From: an uncultured Solirubrobacteraceae bacterium
GTDB taxonomy: Bacteria; Actinomycetota; Thermoleophilia; Solirubrobacterales; Solirubrobacteraceae
DNA length: 64,000 nucleotides
NCBI GenBank assembly: GCA_963827335.1
Contig: CAWHAP010000014.1
Location: 88,554 to 152,553 of the forward strand
Direction of reading: 5' to 3'
A program made the translations under genes and the position numbers. The notes under the pieces were generated by a model. The model had not been told where the DNA came from and did not search any database. It was given only the letters and a program-made list of their open reading frames with translations. Shown one piece after another: positions 45,957 through 53,419 of the stretch (position 1 is its first letter; every line of letters starts with the position of its first letter).

Positions 45957-46430
45957 TCAGGCGGGCGCTGCGGCCTCGCCGCCCGCGGGGCGCTCCACCT
46001 CGACGTTCCACGCCTGCTGGAAGCCGCGCATCGCGAAGGCGACGAGCAGCGCCTGCAGCGGCACGAGGATCGCGGTCAGCAGCCCGATCACGTCGGACGC
46101 GATCGCGGGGTCGGTGAAGCCGTCCTTGTCGCGCTCGAACCAGCCGGGCACGGACACGAGGGCGAAGATGAACAGCACGATCGCGAGCGCGGCGGCGAGC
46201 GGCAGCACGCCGCGGCTCCAGCGCAGCACGAGGAACGCGATCCCGAGGTAGAGCACGATGTAGATGACCTGCAGCGGCTTGGCGCCGACGAGCGTGTCCC
46301 AGGCCCCGACGGAGATCACGATCAGCAGGAAGGCCGACGCGAGCAGGAGCGCGACGACGACGAGCCGCGTGACCTTCGACGCGGCCCGGTCGCGGTTCGG
46401 GTGCGCAATGGCGACCTCGGATTCCGCCAT
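45957..46430 (-). CDS. hypothetical integral membrane protein
   Basis: 157 aa with 4 clear hydrophobic helices (LVVVALLLASAFLLIVISV, VIYIVLYLGIAFLVL, LPLAAALAIVLFIFALV, VIGLLTAILVPLQALLVAF). Confidence 0.7.
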   Translation of the reverse strand: MAESEVAIAHPNRDRAASKVTRLVVVALLLASAFLLIVISVGAWDTLVGAKPLQVIYIVLYLGIAFLVLRWSRGVLPLAAALAIVLFIFALVSVPGWFERDKDGFTDPAIASDVIGLLTAILVPLQALLVAFAMRGFQQAWNVEVERPAGGEAAAPA

Positions 46431-46478
46431 CGTCGTGCGACCTTACAATCTCGGTGCGGCCGGTGCGCCGGCCGCCGC

Positions 46479-46560
46479 GCGGGCGTGGTGAAACTGGCAA
46501 ACACGCCAGGTTTAGGTCCTGGTGCCGCAAGGCTTGGGGGTTCAAGTCCCTCCGCCCGCA
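46479..46560 (+). tRNA. tRNA-Leu (anticodon TAG), type II
   Basis: Acceptor GCGGGCG/CGCCCGC, anticodon arm CCAGG-TTTAGGT-CCTGG, long variable arm, T arm GGGGG-TTCAAGT-CCCTC. A TACAAT hexamer lies 30 nt upstream (46444-46449). Confidence 0.9.
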
Positions 46561-46940
46561 CTGAGCGCGAGCATCGTCCACGCCGGCAGGCCGCCCGCTA
46601 GGCGCAGCTCGTCGCGCACGACGTAGCCGTGGCGCTCGTACAGGCGCACGTTGCCCGGGGACGAGGTCTCGAGGTAGAGCGGCTCCGCCCCGCGCGCGGC
46701 GAGCGCCCGCAGCATCGCGCCGGCCCGCCCGCGCCCCTGTTGCGCGGGGTCGACCCCGAGCGTGAGCAGCGTCCGGTGCGCGATCTCGGGGTGCGCGCCC
46801 TCGAGGCGGATCAGCCCGCGCAGGACGGTCGGGAGCCGGCGCAGCCCCGTCGTGCGGACCAGGTCGGGCAGCTGGCGCAGCTGGTCGCGCGGCCCGAGGT
46901 CCAGCGCGCCCGGATGAGACGGGCCGCACGCTCCGGGCAT
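46542..46940 (-). CDS. GNAT-family N-acetyltransferase (short; possibly N-terminally truncated)
   Basis: Motif A region LGVDPAQQGRGRAGAMLRAL...LYLETSSPGNVRLYERHGY. Its 3' end overlaps tRNA-Leu(TAG) by 19 nt on the opposite strand. Only about 130 aa from ATG 46940. Confidence 0.55.
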   Translation of the reverse strand: MPGACGPSHPGALDLGPRDQLRQLPDLVRTTGLRRLPTVLRGLIRLEGAHPEIAHRTLLTLGVDPAQQGRGRAGAMLRALAARGAEPLYLETSSPGNVRLYERHGYVVRDELRLAGGLPAWTMLALSAGGGT

Positions 46941-47074
46941 TCCGAGTTCACATTCTGACAAACCGCATTTCGGCCCGCCATCGGGCCGCGCGGCGCCATG
47001 CCCGTCCGCCCCCGCGGCGCGGCGCCCCCGCGTACGGTCCGCGTGCCCATTCACTGACATGGAGGTCGGATCAC

Positions 47075-48901
47075 ATGGTGCAGGAGCCCAGTCGGGACCC
47101 GGGACGCGAGACGGTCCAGGGGACCTGGGAAGGCGAGTCCGTCGAGTACTTCGCCAACCGGGTGATCGTGAAGTTCAAGGCCGGCCGCGAGGACGCGTCC
47201 GGGATCTCGTCGATCGCGGCCGACCTGGTCGCCGAGGTCGACGAGGCCGCGGCGATCGTGCGCCCGCCCGGCCCGACCCGTCGCGCGCTGGTCGCCGTGA
47301 CGGCCGAGGCCGACGTGGCCGAGGTCGCCGCGAAGCTCTCCGCGCGGCCCGACGTGCTGTACGCCGAGCCGGACATCGTCGACCACGCCGCGGTCACGCC
47401 GAACGACACGCGGCTGGCCGAGCAGTGGTCGCTCCCCATGGTCGACGCGTTCGACGCGTGGGACCTCGAGACGGGCGATCCGACCGTGCTGATCGGGGTC
47501 ATCGACTCCGGCATCTCGATGACCGGGGGCGCGCTCGACCACCCGGACCTGAGCGGCTCGCGCTTCACGCTCGGGACCGACTTCGTCGACGGCGGCGAGC
47601 CGCGCGACCTCAACGGCCACGGCACGCACGTCGCCGGCATCGCGGCCGGCCTCGGCGACAACGCCGCCGGCGTCGCCGGGATGGCGTGGGGCACGCGCGT
47701 CTACATCTGCCGCACGCTCGACGCCGCCGGCAGCGGATCCTCGGCGGACTTCGCCGACGCGGTCGAGGAGATCGTCGACTTCGCGCTGGCGAACAACCTG
47801 AAGGCCGTCATCAACTACAGCGGCGGCGGCGGGGCGAACCAGACCAAGCTGGACGCCTGCAACTACGCGAGCACGAACGGCATGCTCCTGTGCGCCGCCA
47901 CGGGCAACGACGACCACGGGCCGGTCATCTGGCCCGCGGCGTACTCGCTCACGGTCCCGGGCGTCGTCGCGGTCGGCTCGACCGACCAGGCCGACCAGGT
48001 CTCGACGTTCTCCAACGTCGGGCCCGAGGTCACGGTCGTCGCGCCGGGCACGGGGATCCTCTCGGCGATGCCGACGTACGCGGTGACGATCAACGCCGGC
48101 CTCAACTTCGGGACGCTCGACGGCACCTCGATGGCGACGCCGCTCGTCACGGGTCTGGCCGCGCTGATGTGGAGCCGGCACATCGGCTTCACGAACCAGA
48201 AGATCAAGGACTGCCTGATCTCCAGCGCGGTCAAGCTGGGCGCCGGCTCGTTCGACAACGCGTGGGGCAACGGCCGCGTGAGCGCCGAGGCGGCGCTGCG
48301 CTGCGGCGACGTCGTCGTGCTCCCCTCGCTCGTCGGGCCGGGCTGCACGCCGTCGCGGATCATCGTGCAGTGCCCGAGCCGCATCGTCGCGCAGTGCCCG
48401 ACGCGGATCCCGGTCCGCTGCCCGTCGCGGATCATCGTGCAGTGCCCGTCGCTCGTGCCGGAGACGTGCCCGACGCAGGTCCCGGCGCTGTGTCCGACGC
48501 AGGTCCCGGCGCGCTGTCCGTCGCGGGCGCCCGTGCTGTGCCCGGTGTCGCGCGTGCCGGCCGAGTGCCCGTCGCGGCTGCCGGTGCTGTGCCCGACGAC
48601 GCTGGTCCCGGCGACGTGCGGCCGGGTCTCGCAGATCCCGGCGCTGTGCCCGACCCCGTCGGCGATCCCGGCGACGTGCCCGATCCCGTTCCCGGACCTC
48701 CCGATCCCGGACCCGGGACCGCTGCGGCCCGCGGGCGAGGGGTCCGAGCAGTGGTACGGCGATGGCGAGTGGTACGTGCTGGACGACGCGGGCGAGGCAC
48801 GGGCGTTCCCCGGCCCGGACGCGGCCGCCGCCTCGCCGGAGTCGGCGGAGTGGTACTGGCTCGACGACCAGGGCGGGACGCACTACTGGTCCGGCGGTTG
48901 A
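47075..48901 (+). CDS. subtilisin-like (S8) serine protease with N-terminal I9-like propeptide, no signal peptide, and a C-terminal Cys-Pro-Ser/Thr repeat tail
   Basis: GGAGG lies 9 nt upstream of ATG 47075. Catalytic triad contexts are VIGVIDSGI, NGHGTHVAGIAAG and LDGTSMATPLVTG. The propeptide-like region is NRVIVKFKAG...PDVLYAEPD. The N-terminus MVQEPSRDPGRETVQGTWEGE has no hydrophobic segment. Confidence 0.9.
   Translation: MVQEPSRDPGRETVQGTWEGESVEYFANRVIVKFKAGREDASGISSIAADLVAEVDEAAAIVRPPGPTRRALVAVTAEADVAEVAAKLSARPDVLYAEPDIVDHAAVTPNDTRLAEQWSLPMVDAFDAWDLETGDPTVLIGVIDSGISMTGGALDHPDLSGSRFTLGTDFVDGGEPRDLNGHGTHVAGIAAGLGDNAAGVAGMAWGTRVYICRTLDAAGSGSSADFADAVEEIVDFALANNLKAVINYSGGGGANQTKLDACNYASTNGMLLCAATGNDDHGPVIWPAAYSLTVPGVVAVGSTDQADQVSTFSNVGPEVTVVAPGTGILSAMPTYAVTINAGLNFGTLDGTSMATPLVTGLAALMWSRHIGFTNQKIKDCLISSAVKLGAGSFDNAWGNGRVSAEAALRCGDVVVLPSLVGPGCTPSRIIVQCPSRIVAQCPTRIPVRCPSRIIVQCPSLVPETCPTQVPALCPTQVPARCPSRAPVLCPVSRVPAECPSRLPVLCPTTLVPATCGRVSQIPALCPTPSAIPATCPIPFPDLPIPDPGPLRPAGEGSEQWYGDGEWYVLDDAGEARAFPGPDAAAASPESAEWYWLDDQGGTHYWSGG
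48344..48700 (+). repeat. in-frame tandem 24-27-nt repeats encoding about 14 Cys-Pro-(Ser/Thr)-x5 units
   Basis: CTPSRIIVQ CPSRIVAQ CPTRIPVR CPSRIIVQ CPSLVPET CPTQVPAL CPTQVPAR CPSRAPVL CPVSRVPAE CPSRLPVL CPTTLVPAT CGRVSQIPAL CPTPSAIPAT CPIPFPDL. The TGCCCG(A/T)C(G/C) periodicity is visible in the DNA. Confidence 0.9.
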
Positions 48902-49851
48902 CCGAGGAGCACGGGCCGGCGGCGATCGTGCAGCTGCGCGCCGCCGGCCTCCTCTCCGCACGCGAGATCGTCGAGCAGGGCGTGCGCGTGGTCGACCGGT
49001 CGCGCTCGCACGCGGTCCGGCTCGTCGAGGTCGGCAGCCGCCCGGCCTACGCGGTCAAGGCCCTGGACGACGGCGCCGACGGCGACGTCCAGGGCTCGCC
49101 CGCGCGCGAGCTCGCGGCCTACGCGCTCGCGCGCAGCGACCCGGGGCTCGCGCCGCTGCTCGCACGCAGCCACCCCGCCGCCGACGGCGCGGGCGTCCTG
49201 ATCCTCGAGGCCGGCGGGTCCGCGACCGCGGCGGCGAGCGCCGCCGACCCCGCAGCGCTGCGGGCGCTCGCCACCACGCTCGCGGCGTGGCACGCCGGCA
49301 CGCGCGGCGTGCCGTTCCCGCCGCTGCGGCCGTGGCCGCTCGACCTGCTGGCCGGCGCCCCGCCCGCCTTCCTCGCGGGCAACGACGGCGTGCGCGCGCT
49401 GCTCGCCTGGCTGCCGGAGCGCGCGCTGCTGACGGCCACGCTCGCCGCGGCCGGCGCGCGCTGGGCGCCGCTGGCCGTCGTCCACGGGGACGCGCGGCTC
49501 GACAACTGGCTGCTCGACGGGGCCGGCGGCGCGACGCTGATCGACTGGGAGACGTCCGGGCGCGGCGACCCGGCCTGGGACGTCGCCGCCGTCCTCCAGG
49601 ACGTGATCACCGTGAGCGGCGCCGAGCGGCTCGCCGCCGTGCCCGCCGCGCGCGTGCGCCCGTTCCTGGACGCCTACGCGCAGGCGGCGGGCGACGACGT
49701 GCGCGAGCGGCTCGCCGGGCTGCTGTGCGCGCGGCTGCTGCAGCGCGCGGTGCAGGCGGCGGCGTGGGATCCGGCGGGGACGGTGCCCGAGGCGCGGCGC
49801 CATGCGCGCCTCGCCGCCGAGCTCGCCGGCCGGCCGCCGGCATGGGCATGA
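48898..49851 (+). CDS. aminoglycoside-phosphotransferase-like (APH / protein-kinase-like fold) kinase
   Basis: Catalytic loop VVHGDARLDNWLL and LIDWETSGRGDPAWDVA; N-lobe AYAVKAL. The start is uncertain: TTG 48898 (overlapping the protease stop, TTGA) or GTG 48928. Confidence 0.75.
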   Translation: MTEEHGPAAIVQLRAAGLLSAREIVEQGVRVVDRSRSHAVRLVEVGSRPAYAVKALDDGADGDVQGSPARELAAYALARSDPGLAPLLARSHPAADGAGVLILEAGGSATAAASAADPAALRALATTLAAWHAGTRGVPFPPLRPWPLDLLAGAPPAFLAGNDGVRALLAWLPERALLTATLAAAGARWAPLAVVHGDARLDNWLLDGAGGATLIDWETSGRGDPAWDVAAVLQDVITVSGAERLAAVPAARVRPFLDAYAQAAGDDVRERLAGLLCARLLQRAVQAAAWDPAGTVPEARRHARLAAELAGRPPAWA

Positions 49852-50729
49852 CCGTCGAGGAGCAGCTGCGCGAGGCCGCGGCGCTGGTCCGCCCCGGCAC
49901 GGGCCGGGAGGCGCTCGCCGAGGCCCTCTACGCCGGCTGGTACCTGCAGCTCGCCGCCGAGCCGCCACCGTCCGGGCCGCTGCGCCCGATCGAGCTCGAC
50001 GTCGTCGCCGCCCTGCGCGCCGCCCATGCCGGCAGCGACCGCTTCGAGCCGGGCTGGCGGGCGCGGCGCGTCTCGACCCATGGCCGCGCCGAGGCGGTCC
50101 GCGGCGACCTGACCCGCGTGGTGGACCGCGGCGACTACCTCGTCCTCGCCCGCCCGGGCCTGCGCGCCGAGCCCGGCGACGAGCTGGCGCTGCTCGCGCG
50201 CGAGGACACGGTCGAGAACGGGTTCTGGATGACGTTCTTCGGCGACTGGGAGGAGGCGGCCAAGGCGGTCGTCACGCGGCTCTACTGGCGCGTGTCCGCG
50301 GCCGGCGCGCCCGCGCTCGTGCGGGCGCTCACCGGCGTGCTGCTCGACGGCGGGGCGTCCGCCGCGCTCAAGGCGCCCGTGCGGGCCGACGGCTTCGGGC
50401 GCGCCGACGCCGTCGTCGTCTACCTGCCGCCGCCGACCTTCTCCGCGCTGTCGGACCGCCTCGCCGCGGTCGCGGCGGCACTGGAGGGGGAGCTGCGCGA
50501 CCCGCCGCCGCGGCTCGCGCGCCGCCTCGCCCGCGGCGTGGGCGCCGCGGAGGGCCGTGCCGGCGCCGAGAGCTTCGGCCAGGCGCGCTGCCGGCTGGTC
50601 GCCGCCGCCCTCGCGGCGCCGGGCGACGAGCCGCCCGTCGAGCGCATCCGGGCGACCTTCGCCGCGGCCGGGCTCGATCCCGTCCGCCCGCACCTCGAGC
50701 CCGGGAGCCGCGAGCGCTATGCCTGGTGA
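49842..50729 (+). CDS. HopA1-effector-like family protein (putative phospho-Ser/Thr lyase component)
   Basis: VTRLYWRVSAAGAPALVRALTGVLLDGG...LKAPVRADGFGRADAVVVYLPP matches my recollection of the actinobacterial HopA1-family pattern. ATG 49842 or ATG 49848 (the latter overlaps the kinase stop as ATGA). Confidence 0.6.
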   Translation: MGMTVEEQLREAAALVRPGTGREALAEALYAGWYLQLAAEPPPSGPLRPIELDVVAALRAAHAGSDRFEPGWRARRVSTHGRAEAVRGDLTRVVDRGDYLVLARPGLRAEPGDELALLAREDTVENGFWMTFFGDWEEAAKAVVTRLYWRVSAAGAPALVRALTGVLLDGGASAALKAPVRADGFGRADAVVVYLPPPTFSALSDRLAAVAAALEGELRDPPPRLARRLARGVGAAEGRAGAESFGQARCRLVAAALAAPGDEPPVERIRATFAAAGLDPVRPHLEPGSRERYAW

Positions 50730-51969
50730 CGGCGCGCGCCTGCTGGAGGCGGCGTGCGCGGTGGGCGATCAGCTCGTGCGCGACGCGGTGTGGTGGGACG
50801 GGCGCTGCACCTGGCTCGGCGACGCCGTCGAGCTCGACGAGGACGAGTGGCGCGTCGTGCACCGCTCCTGTGCCGGCGATCTCTACGCGGGCACGAGCGG
50901 GGTCGGCGTGTTCCTCGCCCGGCTCGCCGAGCACACCGGCGACGACCGGCACGGCGCGGCCGCGCGGGGCGCGCTGCTCCAGGCGCTGGCCGGCGCCGAC
51001 GGCGACCTCTCGCTCTACGGCGGAGCCACGGGCGTCGCGTGGGCGGCGGCCGAGGCGGGACGGGCGACCGGCGACGACGAGCTGCTCGAGCACGCGGCGG
51101 CGCTGACGGCCCGGATCGCCGCGGATGCGGCCGGCGGCGTCTTCGCCGACGACCTCGTCGGCGGCCGCGCGGGGGTCGCGCTGGGCCTGCTCGACCTCGG
51201 CCGGCGGCTCGGGCTGCCGGCGGCGCGGAGCGCCGCGCTGGACCTCGGGGAGGCGCTCGTGGCCGTCGCGCACCGGGACGCGAGCGGATTGTCGTGGCCG
51301 CTCGGCACGCCGCCCGGCGAGCCCGGCCTGTGCGGGCTCGGGCACGGCGCCGCCGGCGTCGCCCACGCGCTGCTCGAGCTGCACGCGGCCGGCGGCGACG
51401 CCGCGCTCGGAGCGGCGGCCGCCTCCGCCGCGGCCTACGAGCGCGCCTGGCTGAGCCCGGCGCAGGCGAACTGGCCCGACCTGCGCGGCCTGGAGCGCGA
51501 CGCCGTCGCGGCCGGCACGCTCCCCGCGTACTCGAGCTTCTGGTGCCACGGCTCGGTGGGCGTCGGGCTGGCGCGGCTGCGCGCGTGGGAGCTGACCGGC
51601 TCCCAGCGCGACCTCGCGGACGCCGGCATCGCGCTGCAGGCCGCGACGCACGACGCGCGGGCGCTCGTCGCCGGCGGCGACCCGTCGCTCTGCCACGGCG
51701 TCGCCGGGCTCGCCGAGCTGTTCCTCTACGCGGGCGAGGTCCTCGGGCGGCCCGAGCACCGCGCCGTCGGCTGCCGGCTCGCGGCGACGATCGTCGACGC
51801 GCGCGAACGGACCGGCACGTGGGGGAGCGGGGTGCTCGGCGGCGGGGAGGCGCCCGGCCTCATGGTCGGCCTCGCGGGCCTCGGCTGCGTGCTCCTGCGT
51901 GCCGCTCTGCCCGGGCGCAGCGCGCCCGCCGGGCTGCTCTGCGTCCCGGCTGCGACAATCTCGGCATGA
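50719..51969 (+). CDS. LanC-like lanthionine cyclase
   Basis: Motifs LYAGTSGVGVFL, GLGHGAAGVAHALLEL, SFWCHGSVGVGLA and SLCHGVAGLAELF, i.e. the conserved His and the Cys-His Zn-ligand pairs of LanC. The ATG overlaps the upstream gene by 11 nt. Confidence 0.85.
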   Translation: MPGDGARLLEAACAVGDQLVRDAVWWDGRCTWLGDAVELDEDEWRVVHRSCAGDLYAGTSGVGVFLARLAEHTGDDRHGAAARGALLQALAGADGDLSLYGGATGVAWAAAEAGRATGDDELLEHAAALTARIAADAAGGVFADDLVGGRAGVALGLLDLGRRLGLPAARSAALDLGEALVAVAHRDASGLSWPLGTPPGEPGLCGLGHGAAGVAHALLELHAAGGDAALGAAAASAAAYERAWLSPAQANWPDLRGLERDAVAAGTLPAYSSFWCHGSVGVGLARLRAWELTGSQRDLADAGIALQAATHDARALVAGGDPSLCHGVAGLAELFLYAGEVLGRPEHRAVGCRLAATIVDARERTGTWGSGVLGGGEAPGLMVGLAGLGCVLLRAALPGRSAPAGLLCVPAATISA

Positions 51970-52208
51970 GCGAGGAGCCGCGCGCCCTGTCGCGCGTGAT
52001 CGTGAAGCTCACCGGCACGGATCTCGAGGCGCGCGCCGCCGAGCTCGCCGGCCGGCTGCCAGGCGGCACCGTCGTGCGCGTCTCCGGCTCGGGCCGCGCC
52101 GTGATCGCCATCGAGCCCGGCGCCGACACCGCCGCGGCGGCCGCCTCGCTCTCCGCGGAGCCCGACGTGGTCTACGCCGAGCCCGACACCGAGGACCGCG
52201 CCGTCTAG
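51966..52208 (+). CDS. stand-alone subtilisin-propeptide (inhibitor I9)-like protein
   Basis: 80 aa. The ATG overlaps the LanC stop (ATGA). SRVIVKLTG...LSAEPDVVYAEPDTEDRAV parallels the protease's own NRVIVKFKAG...LSARPDVLYAEPDIVDHAAV. It contains no Cys. Confidence 0.7.
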   Translation: MSEEPRALSRVIVKLTGTDLEARAAELAGRLPGGTVVRVSGSGRAVIAIEPGADTAAAAASLSAEPDVVYAEPDTEDRAV

Positions 52209-53419
52209 ACGCTGACGAGCAGGCCGGTCGCGAACATCAGCGCGAGCCCGGCCAGCAGCCCGGTCACCGCGACCGGGTGCAGCGTGCGGCCCTCGCCGTC
52301 GCGGAGCGTGGGGGCGAGCTGCACGATCACCTGGACGATCGCGCCGGCGCCGAACCCGAACAGGAACGCCGCCAGGCTGGCGTTGAACGCCGCCGCGCCG
52401 ATCCAGGCGCCCAGCACCGCCGGCGCGCCCGCGATCAGGCCGAGCAGCGCGAGCCGCCGCAGCGACGGGCGCAGGTGGGCGACCGGCGCGACGATCGCGA
52501 GCCCCTCGGTCGTGTTGTGCAGCGCGAAGCCCACGACGAGGAACGCGCCGAGCGCCAGCGCTCCCGCGGAGTAGGCCGAGCCGATGGCCACGCCCTCGCC
52601 GAGGTTGTGCAGGCCGATGCCGGTGGCGACCAGCAGCGCGAGGTGCCCGCCCGACGCGCCCGCCGCGCGGGCGGCCGCGCGGCGCTGCTGCAGCCATGCC
52701 GACACGCCCGTGAGGAGCAGGAAGGCGACGACCGCGCCGACGAGCACCAGCGCCGCGCCGCCGAAGGCCTGGGACCCCTCGCCGGCCAGCTCGAAGCCCT
52801 CGAGCGTGGCGTCGATCGCCAGGAACACGAGCAGCCCGACGGTGAGCGCCATGATCCCGCGCAGCCAGCCGGGCGGGATGCGCCGGATCCAGGGCAGCCA
52901 GAGCATCCCGAGCGCGACCGGGATCACGCCCACGTAGATGCCGAGCAGCGCCATCAGGCCGAAGAACGAGAGGTCGGTGTCGGGCGTCGCGACGGCGACG
53001 GGGATCTCGTGCGCGATCGTCCCGCCCGACGACGTGAGCAGCGCGACCTCGTAGGCCTCGCCCTCGACCCACGGCTGCTGGAGGCGGACGGTGGCGGTCT
53101 CGAGCCGGCCGACGGGCGCGTCCGCGCCGCTGAACTGCACGAACGCGTCGTTGACCTGCGCCTGGGCGATCGAGACCGCGTCGGGCCCGTCGTTGCGGAC
53201 GGTCAGCTCGATCGTGCCGGGCTCCAGGACGGTCTTCTCGACCGCCAGCTCCTCGGCGGGCGGTCCGCGACGGTCGCCGAGCCCAGGGCCGCCGAGCGCG
53301 GCGAACGCGCCCACCGCGGCGATGATGAGGACCAGCGGGACGAGGCCGAGCAGCCACGCCGGCAGGCCGGCGGTCGGATCGTCGCGCAGCTCGCGCTCCG
53401 TGGCCGCCGAGCTCTCCAT
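52205..53419 (-). CDS. ZIP-family divalent metal transporter with an N-terminal extra-membrane domain
   Basis: GIGLHNLGEGVAIG and GFALHNTTEGLAIV (HNxxEG motifs) and multiple TM helices. The ATG overlaps the upstream stop by 1 nt (TGATG). Confidence 0.8.
   Translation of the reverse strand: MESSAATERELRDDPTAGLPAWLLGLVPLVLIIAAVGAFAALGGPGLGDRRGPPAEELAVEKTVLEPGTIELTVRNDGPDAVSIAQAQVNDAFVQFSGADAPVGRLETATVRLQQPWVEGEAYEVALLTSSGGTIAHEIPVAVATPDTDLSFFGLMALLGIYVGVIPVALGMLWLPWIRRIPPGWLRGIMALTVGLLVFLAIDATLEGFELAGEGSQAFGGAALVLVGAVVAFLLLTGVSAWLQQRRAAARAAGASGGHLALLVATGIGLHNLGEGVAIGSAYSAGALALGAFLVVGFALHNTTEGLAIVAPVAHLRPSLRRLALLGLIAGAPAVLGAWIGAAAFNASLAAFLFGFGAGAIVQVIVQLAPTLRDGEGRTLHPVAVTGLLAGLALMFATGLLVSV

Noticed and set aside
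46998-47057. 19-codon ORF (MPVRPRGAAPPRTVRVPIH) upstream of the S8 protease as a precursor peptide
   Set aside because: It has no Cys, only one Thr, no RBS and Arg/Pro-rich composition. It is most likely non-coding leader or promoter sequence.
51966-52208. The 80-aa last gene of the operon as the lanthipeptide precursor
   Set aside because: It contains no cysteine and is a clear paralogue of the protease propeptide (I9-like).
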